A DNA stretch of 64,000 bases, taken from the NCBI RefSeq assembly GCF_009914755.1, contig NC_060925.1. One strand, 5' to 3'. This DNA comes from the human T2T-CHM13v2.0 reference genome, Homo sapiens. The position numbers and the translations under genes were made by a program. A model generated the notes under the pieces. It ran no database searches, was not told where the DNA came from, and saw nothing but the letters and a program-made list of their open reading frames with translations. This document shows, one piece after another, positions 1 to 19,493 of the stretch. Each line of letters opens with the position of its first letter. Position 1 is the stretch's first letter.

Positions 1-99
1 TTTCGCTGCCTGGAGTGCAAGGAACAGTGCCGGGACAAGGCTGGCATGGCAGCTCACTTCCAGCAGCTCGGCCCCCCTGCCCCTGGGGCCACCAGCAAT
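1..99 (+). CDS. ZNF687: ZNF687 coding exon, 5'-truncated by window ([33 protein letters not shown])
   Basis: Open frame from base 1, CxxC finger motif, donor AAT|GTGAGT at 100. Confidence 0.93.
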
Positions 100-220
100 G
101 TGAGTCACCTTTCACAGCCCTTCTGTGGGGACAGGATCTAGGAAGGCGTTGGGGGCTTGGTTAGAAGTAATGGAGACAGGACACTCCTCACCGACTTTCC
201 TTGTTTAACCCACTCGACAG

Positions 221-399
221 GTGTGCCCAACCTGCCCCATGATGCTCCCCAATCGCTGCAGCTTCAGCGCCCACCAGCGCATGCATAAGAATCGACCCCC
301 CCATGTCTGTCCTGAGTGTGGGGGCAACTTCCTGCAAGCCAATTTTCAGACCCATCTCCGGGAGGCCTGTCTGCACGTCTCTCGCCGTGTAGGATACAG
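221..399 (+). CDS. ZNF687: ZNF687 coding exon (C2H2 fingers VCPTCP...VGYR)
   Basis: Acceptor CAG at 218-220, donor AG|GTGCCT at 400, phase matches neighbours. Confidence 0.95.
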
Positions 400-787
400 G
401 TGCCTCGGACCCTTCCTCCATAGAACTGTAGGGTTTCGTGTGTCCTAGCCTCAGCCTCAGATGGCCTTTCAAGATCCCCTATCTTCCCTGCTATATCCCT
501 CAGCCCTGTTGTTTTGCCAGACTCAACCCTGAGATAGTACGTCCTGCCTTCCCGTCGTCCCCCATGGAGATGGGGGGAAGCAGGGCCACCTCTGGAGCTC
601 CAGCTCTCCCTTGGCAGCCTCCCTTGGGGCACAGCCTCTGCACCTCTCTCCTTTCTCCACCCTGCTCATGCTCCACTACTGATTTCCTTCTTGTAGTCTA
701 CCCAGTCCCAGAGAATAAATGTATGGTCCCGGGGTGGGCATGGAGATGCCTCCCACCTCACCACAGGGCCTCCTGCTTCCTCCCTAG

Positions 788-964
788 GTGCCCCAGCTGT
801 TCAGTGGTGTTTGGGGGTGTGAACTCCATCAAGTCCCACATCCAGACGTCGCACTGCGAGGTTTTCCACAAGTGCCCCATCTGCCCCATGGCCTTCAAGT
901 CTGGGCCAAGTGCCCATGCCCACCTCTACTCCCAGCATCCCAGCTTCCAAACTCAGCAGGCCAA
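788..964 (+). CDS. ZNF687: ZNF687 coding exon (CPSCSVVF...QTQQAK)
   Basis: Acceptor TAG 785-787, donor GTGAGG at 965, two C2H2 fingers. Confidence 0.95.
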
Positions 965-1070
965 GTGAGGCCCGGGGGAGGGCCGGGCTGGGCCAGGGAG
1001 GGCTGGTGGGGCGCAGGAGGGGAGGGGCTGCACCCAACCCTGCCTGATGTCTGCACTGTCCTCACTTCAG

Positions 1071-1233
1071 GCTGATCTACAAGTGCGCCATGTGCGACAC
1101 AGTCTTCACTCACAAACCCCTCCTCTCCTCACACTTCGACCAGCACTTGCTGCCCCAGCGTGTCAGTGTCTTTAAGTGCCCGTCTTGTCCTCTGCTCTTT
1201 GCCCAAAAAAGGACCATGCTGGAACATCTCAAG
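1071..1233 (+). CDS. ZNF687: ZNF687 coding exon (LIYKCAMC...MLEHLK)
   Basis: CAG acceptor, AAG|GTACAG donor, C2H2 fingers. Confidence 0.95.
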
Positions 1234-1370
1234 GTACAGGAGCAGAGGGATGGGGAATGGGTGCTTAGCTGTACTGACCTGGGGCTGGGGCCACATACTT
1301 CAGAAGTGGGGGGCTTTGGCATAGCCAGGCCCTCCCCCACAACAGCAACCTCCCTTGTCTCCTCTCACAG

Positions 1371-1700
1371 AACACCCATCAGTCTGGGCGCTTGGAGGAG
1401 ACTGCTGGGAAAGGGGCCGGGGGTGCCCTGCTGACCCCCAAGACTGAGCCTGAGGAGCTGGCTGTTTCTCAGGGAGGGGCAGCCCCTGCTACTGAGGAGT
1501 CGTCTTCATCTTCAGAAGAGGAGGAAGTACCCAGCTCCCCTGAGCCCCCCCGTCCAGCCAAACGGCCTCGGCGGGAACTAGGGAGCAAAGGCCTCAAGGG
1601 TGGGGGTGGGGGGCCTGGAGGCTGGACCTGTGGCCTGTGTCACTCCTGGTTCCCTGAGCGTGATGAATACGTGGCCCACATGAAGAAGGAGCATGGCAAG
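1371..1700 (+). CDS. ZNF687: ZNF687 coding exon with acidic stretch, NLS-like PAKRPRR and a finger
   Basis: CAG acceptor, AAG|GTGAGT donor, 330 nt in frame. Confidence 0.95.
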
Positions 1701-1814
1701 GTGAGTGGGCCCCAAGGGGAGTACCATGGGCTGGGGGCAGCATTGGGACTGCCAGTGTGACAGTGGGGACGGGGTCCTGGAGCCTGGCTCTGACATCTAC
1801 CCCTGCTCTCCTAG

Positions 1815-1927
1815 TCAGTGAAAAAGTTCCCCTGTCGCCTGTGTGAGCGCTCCTTCTGCTCCGCCCCCAGCCTGAGGCGCCATGTCAGAGTTAATCACGA
1901 GGGCATCAAGCGAGTTTACCCCTGCAG
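1815..1927 (+). CDS. ZNF687: ZNF687 coding exon ([10 protein letters not shown]...VYPCR)
   Basis: TAG acceptor, AG|GTAAGT donor, C2H2 finger. Confidence 0.94.
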
Positions 1928-2124
1928 GTAAGTCTTGCTCCCCGCTTCCTCTTCCTGCCCAGCACGTGACTCTCCCTGTATGCCAAAGTACCTGTGCACC
2001 TGCGACGTGTCTAAGTGGCCTGATGGTTGGGGTCTCCCTCTGCTCTGGCAGCCCCCTCCTCAGAAGCAAGGGCCCTGGCCTTCGGGCTGTGCCGCTGCTG
2101 CCATCCTGTCCTCTCCCATTTCAG

Positions 2125-2266
2125 GTATTGCACAGAGGGAAAACGCACCTTCAGCAGCCGCCTGATCCTAGAGAAACATGTCCAGGTCCGGCACGGCTTG
2201 CAGCTTGGGGCCCAGTCCCCTGGCCGGGGGACCACCTTGGCTCGGGGTTCCAGTGCCAGAGCCCAG
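2125..2266 (+). CDS. ZNF687: ZNF687 coding exon (YCTEGKRTF...SARAQ)
   Basis: CAG acceptor, CAG|GTAGGC donor, frame continuity. Confidence 0.94.
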
Positions 2267-2407
2267 GTAGGCAGAGGCCCGGCCTGCTGTGCTAGGGCTT
2301 TGAGTGGGAAACTGGAAGGCAGAGACCATGGCCTCAGGAAGCGAGCATGGGGGTGCCAGGGACAGTAGGGGTGGTGGTAAGGCCCAGTTTCTTCCACTTT
2401 TCTTCAG

Positions 2408-2902
2408 GGGCCAGGTCGGAAACGCCGCCAGTCTTCTGACTCTTGCAGTGAGGAGCCTGACAGCACGACACCGCCAGCCAAGTCCCCCAGGGGCGGACCT
2501 GGATCTGGAGGCCATGGCCCTCTGCGCTACCGGAGCAGCAGCTCCACAGAACAGAGCCTCATGATGGGGTTGAGGGTGGAGGATGGTGCCCAGCAGTGCC
2601 TCGACTGTGGCTTGTGCTTTGCCTCCCCTGGCTCCCTGAGCCGACACCGTTTCATCAGCCACAAGAAGAGACGGGGTGTGGGTAAAGCCAGTGCCCTGGG
2701 GCTGGGGGATGGGGAGGAAGAGGCCCCTCCATCAAGGTCTGACCCCGATGGTGGAGACTCACCCCTGCCTGCTTCTGGAGGCCCACTGACCTGTAAGGTC
2801 TGTGGCAAGAGCTGCGACAGCCCTCTAAACCTCAAGACCCACTTCCGCACGCATGGCATGGCGTTCATCAGGGCTCGGCAGGGGGCTGTTGGGGACAACT
2901 AG
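2408..2902 (+). CDS. ZNF687: ZNF687 last coding exon, two C-terminal C2H2 fingers, ends GAVGDN*
   Basis: CAG acceptor 2405-2407, TAG stop 2900-2902. Confidence 0.96.
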   Translation, partial: GPGRKRRQSSDSCSEEPDSTTPPAKSPRGGPGSGGHGPLRYRSSSSTEQSLMMGLRVEDGAQQCLDCGLCFASPGSLSRHRFISHKKRRGVGKASALGLGDGEEEAPPSRSDPDGGDSPLPASGGPLTCKVCGKSCDSPLNLKTHFRTHGMAFIRARQGAVGDN

Positions 2903-3508
2903 TCTCCAAGGCCTGGGACTGACCAGCCCCTTCCTCTTGGAGCCTGGTTTTCCCTACTGCTGCCTGATCCCTCGGCTGGGGAGTTTTCATTAACATTAGT
3001 ATTTTGTTAATTCCTGTCTCTCCAACCTGAAGAAGAAGAGCATTTGAGGATTATTCTAGTTATTTGCAACCTCCCTTTGGGTTTGGCCCTGGAGTCCTAG
3101 TAGAGTGGACCCTCCATTCCTCCTTTCTGAGCCCAACACTAATTAATTTTATGCTCCTGCTGCAGAACCCCCAGTGTGGGCCTGGGGGTGGGAGGATGGG
3201 ACTTAGGTATGCCTGCTAGACAGGTTCAGGGAAGGACTGATGGGGGTGTCATGGATGGACACACCTCTCCACAATTCCTTCAGGCATGGACTGGAACTTT
3301 CCTCCTCTAGGCCGGGCCCTGCCCTAGTGCCCACCCCCGCCCCCGCCCCCGCCCAACCCCAACTCACTGGCACTCAAGCCCCCTACCCCTGCAGTGCCTT
3401 TCACTTCTTTTTTTCCCCAGAAATCCGGGGCGGGGGGGTGGGGGGTTGGTAGGGATGAGTCCTGTCAAGGGGGCCACAGGAGAGGAGGGGACAGGCTCTC
3501 AGGAATCC

Positions 3509-3514
3509 TTTATT
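3509..3514 (-). terminator. PI4KB: PI4KB distal poly(A) signal AATAAA
   Basis: tttatt on + strand. Confidence 0.65.
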
Positions 3515-3570
3515 CTTGTAGTAATAATAATACTAACAAACAGTTGGGGAACTAGGGAGAAAACCAGACC

Positions 3571-3576
3571 ATTAAA
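3571..3576 (+). terminator. ZNF687: ZNF687 proximal poly(A) signal ATTAAA
   Basis: Variant hexamer with downstream U/GU-rich sequence. Confidence 0.55.
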
Positions 3577-3838
3577 ACTGTTTGTGGTCGAATCTCCATT
3601 CAGGCCTCTCTTTTTCTGTGACTTGGACAATGTGGAGTTGAAGCGGGTGAGAGAACATGGAAGGCCCGCCCTTCTCAGGGAAGAGGTGGTAGTGACCAAG
3701 ACAGGCAGGGAAAAAGCAAACTTCTATGTGGTGCCTTTTGTATCTTGGACACTGAGGCATCCGTTCATACCTCATCACCCATCTCCCCCTGCACTCCCCC
3801 AGAAAACCTGGAAATGACACAAGTGGCTAACTAAGGAC

Positions 3839-3844
3839 TTTATT
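3839..3844 (-). terminator. PI4KB: PI4KB proximal poly(A) signal AATAAA
   Basis: tttatt on + strand about 700 nt past the stop. Confidence 0.7.
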
Positions 3845-3854
3845 TCAAACAAAA

Positions 3855-3866
3855 ATTAAAAATAAA
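3855..3866 (+). terminator. ZNF687: ZNF687 distal poly(A) signals ATTAAA+AATAAA
   Basis: Tandem hexamers with downstream ctctttttccctgggtttgg. Confidence 0.75.
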
Positions 3867-4544
3867 AAATTGAGAGCTCTTTTCCCTGGGTTTGGGGAAG
3901 GAGTCAGGGTAGGGAATTCCACATGGCTAGGCCAGTACCCTCAGTACACTGGAGGGCTGTGGGAATTCCCTTCCTTGCCCATGATGGGGAACCTCAGCAA
4001 GTGCAGGGCCCACGCAGCGCCCGCCAGCAAGGGGAGCTTGGGCCAGGGGTCGGTCCCTGGGAGGGGTAGGTCCCTGGGAGGGGTAGAGCTGGGCAGCAGC
4101 ATGGCCAGTGGCCAACCACAGGATCAAGTCCTAAGTACCGAGAACCTACTCTTCCCCACTTCCTGGGCCCCAGAACGGAATAAGAGGATGGCCTGTGGAA
4201 AGAACCTCTGAGAGACCCCTACAAGGAGAAGAAAGGCCCCAGTGTCCCTCACATTTGTCACCTCTGTTTTCTGGAGGGCAGTGAGTCCTGGAGTCAGTCT
4301 GGTGGTAATACTGACACAGACCAGGAGGGGCAGGGAAGCCCCAACAAGTCTGGACCCCACAGCTGGCTCTCCCACCCCTCAGCAAGCTCTCGCAGTTACC
4401 ACATGATCCTTCGTGTTTCTTGCCTTCCATTTCCCTTGGGTGGATGGTTGGGTAGGTGGGGTTTCCTGGTTTGGGGTTTCTCAGACAAGGGCCCTCTAGG
4501 GAGGGTGCCCTGGACCCCCCACCACTCCTGGGCTGAGGAGCGTG

Positions 4545-4898
<354 letters not shown>

Positions 4899-5092
4899 TC
4901 ATCACCCCACGCCTAAGCCCTTCTGTAGGTGAGGGCATGTGGGCAGAGGAAGGAAGGGGACCAACACCACATCTCCCTCAGTAAGGGTGGAGGGGCCCAG
5001 AGGGCAGGCTGGGAGGAGGCTGGAGGGAGTGGGCCCTGAGCTGGGCACTTATCTGGTTGCAGACCTCTGCCTATGCTACGTCTGACACTCAC

Positions 5093-5155
5093 AGATGACC
5101 TGGGCCACCGTCATCATGGGGCCAGATGGGGATGATCCTGAGCAACGGCGACAAC
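5093..5155 (-). CDS. PI4KB: Candidate PI4KB alternative 63-nt in-frame cassette exon (CRRCSGSSPSGPMMTVAQVIC)
   Basis: Polypyrimidine tract + CAG acceptor, GTGAGT donor, symmetric phase 1-1, no stop. Confidence 0.6.
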
Positions 5156-5642
5156 CTGTGGGGTAGGGGCAGGAATGGGGAGGAGGGGGAGACTGGCAGT
5201 TCAGACCTGGTATACACCTGGAGCCTTGAGGAGGGGGATGAGGACAGAAGGGGGTCCTGGGCAAAAGACTGTAGATGGCAAGACTGTAGTGGAAGGAGAT
5301 AATGATGAGAGGGGAAATACTTCTCAGAGCTGAAGGGTGGCAGAGGACAGGGCAATCAGAGGTCATAGTGGAATGGAGAAGACAGATGGAAGGAGACTGA
5401 GAAACTCAGAGCTGGACAGGGGTGGGGAGGTGAGAAGGGACCAGGAGGCTGTAAATGGGCCTGTTTTCTCCCTAAAGATGCCAAGGAGGCAGGTGCTGCT
5501 ATCCCCTTCCCCAGCCTTCTGGACTTAGCCTTACCAGGGTCAGGAGGAATGTCCTAAAGGAGAAACAAGGCACTGGACCAGAGCTAGAAACTCTCTGGGA
5601 ACCCCCCTCCCTCAACCGAGTCTCGTGGGATCAGCTTTCTTA

Positions 5643-5900
<258 letters not shown>

Positions 5901-5993
5901 CTACCAGAACTCCTCCTCCTCTTGGGGCCCTGTTATTTCCCCCTTCCTTATTGGGCAGGAAGCTCCCAGGAACTCCTGCCTCACCCCTAATTA

Positions 5994-6422
<429 letters not shown>

Positions 6423-7550
6423 TCAGAAAACTGCTAACAAAGGCTATGGGGTCTGAAATTGCTATTAATAATTTAATAAAAATAGTTTAAGATTCTCCCA
6501 ATTTCCCAGAAATTGCACTTCTGGCACCCAAACTATCCCAATCTAGTAGAGAATCCAGAAGCAAGGAAAGAGGGCCTCTGAGGCTCCAGCCAGCTGTCAC
6601 AGAGGCCAAGCGCTCTACTCAGGGGAGGCTCTATTCTGAGCCTGTTTACCTGTGGGTTATTTGTAACTCCTGTCAGCCCACTGCAGATCAGAGGCCTCAC
6701 TGGAAGGGAACAACAACAGAAGCAAGCAGGCTGAGTGGAGCTGAAATGTAAAATAGCGTGGGGGCTTCAAGGGGTAAGTTTTAAATCACTTACTTAAAAA
6801 GTCTCAGGATGAGGCAGTACTACAGGGCAGCTGTAGAAGAGTTAAAGGGAGATAAATCCCAGGTCTTTGTGATTCCCACATGAATGGCCAGTAGCAGAAG
6901 GAACAATTAACATGCTAAGCATGTGAGGCCTGGCCTATTCAGCATAACTGGCCTACTCAGTGTCAATAGAGGCTTTGTTAGGCTAAGAGCTGATGGTCTG
7001 AGGGCCACCTTCTCTGGGGTTGGTTTGGCCAAAAGAGGAGGGACAAAAGGAGAACCTAGTCCAACCTGAGTTCTTCCCCACTCAGGGAAAACACTAAAGA
7101 TTTAGCAATCCAGGCACAATCTTGTGAGCCAGAATGGTTCTAGGAGTTGTCATGGTTCAACCTCACATTTTACAGGTGAAGAAAACAGAGGCCCTGAGAG
7201 AGGAAGTGATTTACTTGCCCAAGGTGCCATAGCCTCTCTTTTCACTACCAGAGTTAGCTCCAGCTGGAAAGCTGCTTAGGACTACTTTTGAAGCAGTTAA
7301 AGAGATCCTAAAACCTGACTCCAGTATGGGGCCTCATTCATTGTTGCCACTTCTTTCCATTGGTTGATTCCATTCATGGCTCGACTATATCTATTCTTTT
7401 TTGAGGTACTATGAACGGCTTATCAGCTACCTGCCCTCCTCTATCCCTTCTTTTTTAGAGGATGGACTCTCATCTTCCAAACATACTAATTCCCTAAAGG
7501 AAAGCCCTGGGGCCTGACTAGTGCCAGCTTCCCTGCCACCCATTTACTCA

Positions 7551-9530
<1,980 letters not shown>

Positions 9531-10497
9531 TTATTAGCTAGATCTTAATGGGCCACCATGTTACTGGAAGCCCCAGCAGCACTGGCCATTGCATTTCCAC
9601 CTTTCCAGGACAGCTGCCCTGTGCCGAGGGTCTAGAGCTGGAACTCATAGGAGCATTCAGGGCAGAGACCCTGGGTCACTGTTGGGAGATACTCTTAGAA
9701 GGCAGGGCCTAGATGGTGTAATTATTTTTGTACATTATGTGCCTCACCTATATGTGTAGTTAGTTTTCATCAAGGTCATGTCATATTGAAAAAAAATGAC
9801 AGCTCTGGGCAAAACAACAGATACTTAAAAGCTGTGGAAATCATATGCTGGAATAAGAAGTGAGGAGAGTTCATGGCTGAGAGTTTCCACTTCATCTCCA
9901 TCATGTTTCTCCTTTCTGCTCTCAGTCACTAACCACTACCCTTAGTGCCAGGCCCTATTATCTCTTGCTTTGTTGCTAAACACCCAATTACATCCACCTT
10001 CACCCACAGTGCCACAGGGCATTTAATCAACACAGACTGGATCATGTCATTCCTCTGCCTGCAAAATAAAACACCTAAGCTTCACAATGAAGGCCCTTCT
10101 TCAACTGGCCTCAATTTACCTGCCTCATGGTACCACCTCCTACTCCACTGCCATGCAGTGCAGTCTGTGCTTTAATCACATTCAATTATTTCTTCTAGCT
10201 GGGATGTACCTCCCCTGCAGCTTCCTCTGTCATCATTTTCCCTTGTCCTTGAAGACCCTGCTCACTCAAACCCTTAGTCCTCCCATAAATCCTTCATTTC
10301 TTTGCCCTTTTACCCTAGTTCTTATTAGTCTGCCTCCTGACTTAATGTCATGGGAACACATCTGTCTCTGCTTAAAATACATTGTTTCATTTTTCACATC
10401 TTTGCCATGGAGGGCAGTAATAAGTAATTGAGAACTACACACGAAGGGACAGAGAGAACCCTGGAGAAATGTTAGGATGAGCAGCAGAAGTCACCTA

Positions 10498-10794
<297 letters not shown>

Positions 10795-11035
10795 TTATCT
10801 TTCTCCAAACTAGAGAAGAAGGCTAAAACTCTTCCCTTTCTCCAGCCTCTCTCCTTGGTAGCATTGAATTCTAAGCCATCAAATGAGTAAGACTCACTTA
10901 ACCCAGTGAGGACCAGGGAGTTTGGAAAGGAAGTCTAGGGCCTGACAAAGTCAGAAACTACACTCAGGTATGTGGGAAAAGGTATCACCTAAGTAGCAAG
11001 CCCAAGACAGGCAGGGAGAACAGGAAACTTCACTA

Positions 11036-11445
<410 letters not shown>

Positions 11446-11882
11446 TTATATGGTATAAAGAACAGTATTAAACAATTAAGTGGCTTGCAGGTGACCAACC
11501 CAGGGGTATCAGAAGATCAATATTTCAGCACACTATAACCTACCTGCTACAGACCAATTTGGGAAGTTTTTATGTTGTTTTTTAAAGGGGGGAGGACCAA
11601 ATTATTATTATTTAAAAATTTGATTACAACCAATTGTGTTGGCATTAAAATTAGAGGCATTAAGTCTGAATAATGGATATATGCCAAAAACCAAAAATTG
11701 AGTTTGGCAAAAACGGGCAAGGAAGTTTTCCAGTAATTTCAGATTAGAAATCAATTTAGAGAAATGAACCCCATGTTTACAATGATTGTGCCACAGATTT
11801 AAACTTCAGTAGTGCATTAGTAAACTGTTCACATTTAGATCTTCACCTTGAGATTTGACAGCTATTTCTTGAAAAAATCTCA

Positions 11883-12325
<443 letters not shown>

Positions 12326-12355
12326 CGCTGATTTCTTCAAATGCATATTTTTCTC

Positions 12356-13831
<1,476 letters not shown>

Positions 13832-13883
13832 TTACAACTGCCTCTGAGCTTTGAGAGGGGTTCAGAGACCCACACCCAACTCA

Positions 13884-14156
<273 letters not shown>

Positions 14157-14253
14157 CTAACTGATTGTAATCATGTTAAAATTAAGATTACCAGGCCCTC
14201 CATATTCCTCTACCAAGGCTGATTCAGAATGGGTGTGTCTCTAGAATTTGCAT

Positions 14254-14990
<737 letters not shown>

Positions 14991-15231
14991 CTCTGGTGCT
15001 TTCATCCCTTTGGAGTCTTTTTAAAATTTAATTTCCTTCTTTGGTAGCCCAAGTAATTTCTCAACCTACACCTTCATTGCCTCAAGTTTGGTGGCCCCAA
15101 ACAAGGACAGAATGAAAGAGGGAAAGACACAGGCCAACAACAGATGATTGAGATGGAGAGGAAGGTAACAAAGAGATGGGAAGTTCCTGAAAGAGGGATG
15201 AAAAATGAGGGGCAATGTGATCTGGCCATAC

Positions 15232-15341
15232 CGGATGTCCCCTGCTGCAATGAACACAGGCTCCTTGCTCTCCTGGCTGGTGATGCTGTCCACAGAGAAC
15301 TGGGAGATGTTGTCACAGCTGTTGGTATGCACTTCGGGGAG
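15232..15341 (-). CDS. PI4KB: PI4KB coding exon (LPEVHTNS...AAGDIR)
   Basis: AG/GTATGG boundaries, frame continuity. Confidence 0.95.
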
Positions 15342-15494
15342 CTGGAGAAAGGGGAGTGCTGGTCAGAAGTGCTAAAGTATAGGTCTCCCGTCTTTCCCCT
15401 CCTGCTTGCTTGCTATCACTGCAGCATGCTCATCCCTCTCTTTCAAACTCTGCTTACACACCATGTTGGTTACTGGGACCCCAGGCTGCCCAGA

Positions 15495-15662
15495 GCAGCA
15501 TTTCTCAACATGTGAACTACCTGCAGTAGAATTACCCAGAATGCAGATTCCCAGGCCCCACCATCAATCTGAATTATAATTACTAGGAATGGGATCTGAA
15601 AGTCTGAATTTTTAACAAGTTCTCCAGAAGACTTCCAATGCACTAAAGTTTGCAAACCACTG
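15495..15662. mobile_element. MER5-like hAT DNA transposon fragment
   Basis: cagcatttctcaa...aatgcagattcccaggcccc...tttaacaag...aagtttgcaaaccactg pattern. Confidence 0.65.
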
Positions 15663-15964
15663 CCATGACCATTACAGGAGCTCAAAATTTCAGCCTCACT
15701 GAGAGTCCCCCAAGGATAGGGATGCGTTCTCCCCTAGGGTCCAAAGCAGACTCTTTGCAGACTAGCTTCTGACAGTTTCTTCAATCTAAGTCATTCAATC
15801 TTATCTTCTCATCTCTCTCTAAATACAGAATATTCTACCAGACCCCAAGGCCCATGTCAAGTCTCTTCTGTCCTTCATACCAGAGCATTTCTTCTCAACT
15901 CCATTTGTCACCTAGTACACACTGCTTTGTTGTATATCTAAATTTTTTTTTCTTAAATGTCTAA

Positions 15965-17500
<1,536 letters not shown>

Positions 17501-17692
17501 GTATGACTTCTCATCCTCTGCTATTCTATGACAACTTTATGTAGGTGTTCAATAAATATTTTCATTAAATTTCCCTCACTCCCCTTGGCCTAGAAGCTCC
17601 TCTTTACATTTAAATCTGAATCCTTCACCTGGAAAATGAACTCCACCTGAATCTATTCCAGGCTAGAGTTGTTCAGAGCTTTCCCCATATTA

Positions 17693-18085
<393 letters not shown>

Positions 18086-18486
18086 TTACTTCCACCACTA
18101 ACCCCCAAATCTCAACTCTGTTAGCAAGGTTCTTCCTGCTGTCCTTTCTCCTAGCTCCAGCCTTCATCCAATAGTCCTCTGAAACTATGAACACTATATT
18201 TAGGGCAGATACTTGTCCTATGATCACCTATGTAAAGAATTTGTGTGACAGAATCCTTAAGTCTTCAAAATATTTCAACTGAGCTCCAAAATGTACAGAT
18301 GATGTGCTTGGGCCAAACCACTCTAGACTATCAATTACAGGCTGTAAGGGAGGCCTAGATGCCTCTGTGGGCTCGTCCTGAAGACAGGGCCCAGGGAGCT
18401 ACAGTGGACAAAAAGACTGGGACAAAGCTGGGCACTGTCCCAAGGAGTGTCCCAAACTTCAGTATTTCCTTTGAAAGAAGAATATG

Positions 18487-18780
18487 GGCCGGGCGCGGTG
18501 GCTCACGCCTGTAATCCTAGCACTTTGGGGGGCCGAGGCGGGTGGATCATGAGGTCAGGAGTTCAAGACCAGCCTGGCCAAGATGGCGAAACCCCGTCGC
18601 TACTAAAACTACAAAAATTAGCCGGGTGTGGTGGCAGGCGCCTGTAATCCCAGCTACTCAGGAGGCTAAGGCAGGAGAATCGCTTGAACCTGGGTTGCGG
18701 AGGTTGCAGTAAGCCAAGATTGTGCCACTGCACTCCAGCCTCCGCAATAGAGTGAGACTCCATCTCAAAAAAAAAAGAAG
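18487..18780 (+). mobile_element. Alu element
   Basis: Alu consensus, A tail, aaagaagaat flanks. Confidence 0.92.
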
Positions 18781-19229
18781 AATCTGAACCATGAATACTC
18801 ATTCCAGTCAGCACACAAATTCAGCTAATTCTCTCCAGTGTGAATTGGGCATCCTTCTCTCCTTTTGTCGGCTCATTCTGATCAGAAAAGGTCTTAGAAA
18901 CAAAATATTTCTCTATCCTTATGGTTGCTGTATCTGGAAAGCCCAAGAGTTATAGAAAGGCTGGAGAAAAGCTACCAAAATGACCATAAGGTGGGGTGAA
19001 GAGCAATTCTCCTAAGATACAGCAAGAAGGAAGCTAAAAAGATTAGGTTTCTTTGGTCCAGAAAAACAAAGCCCAAAAAGGGATACAGGGGGGCTCTCAA
19101 AATCACAATCGCACTGAGACAGAGTCATGGTTGACATATGCATCATGAACTATGAAGGGAGTCTAGGATGTTGGTGAGGGCCTCACTGGTCATACACGCA
19201 AACTCTGAACAACCATGGGTGAAGAGTCA

Positions 19230-19493
<264 letters not shown>

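Larger units (their letters stand above)
2903..3885 (+). other. ZNF687: ZNF687 3' UTR (end approximate)
   Basis: Follows stop; ATTAAA at 3571 and ATTAAA/AATAAA at 3855-3866 followed by a U/G-rich tract. Confidence 0.75.
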
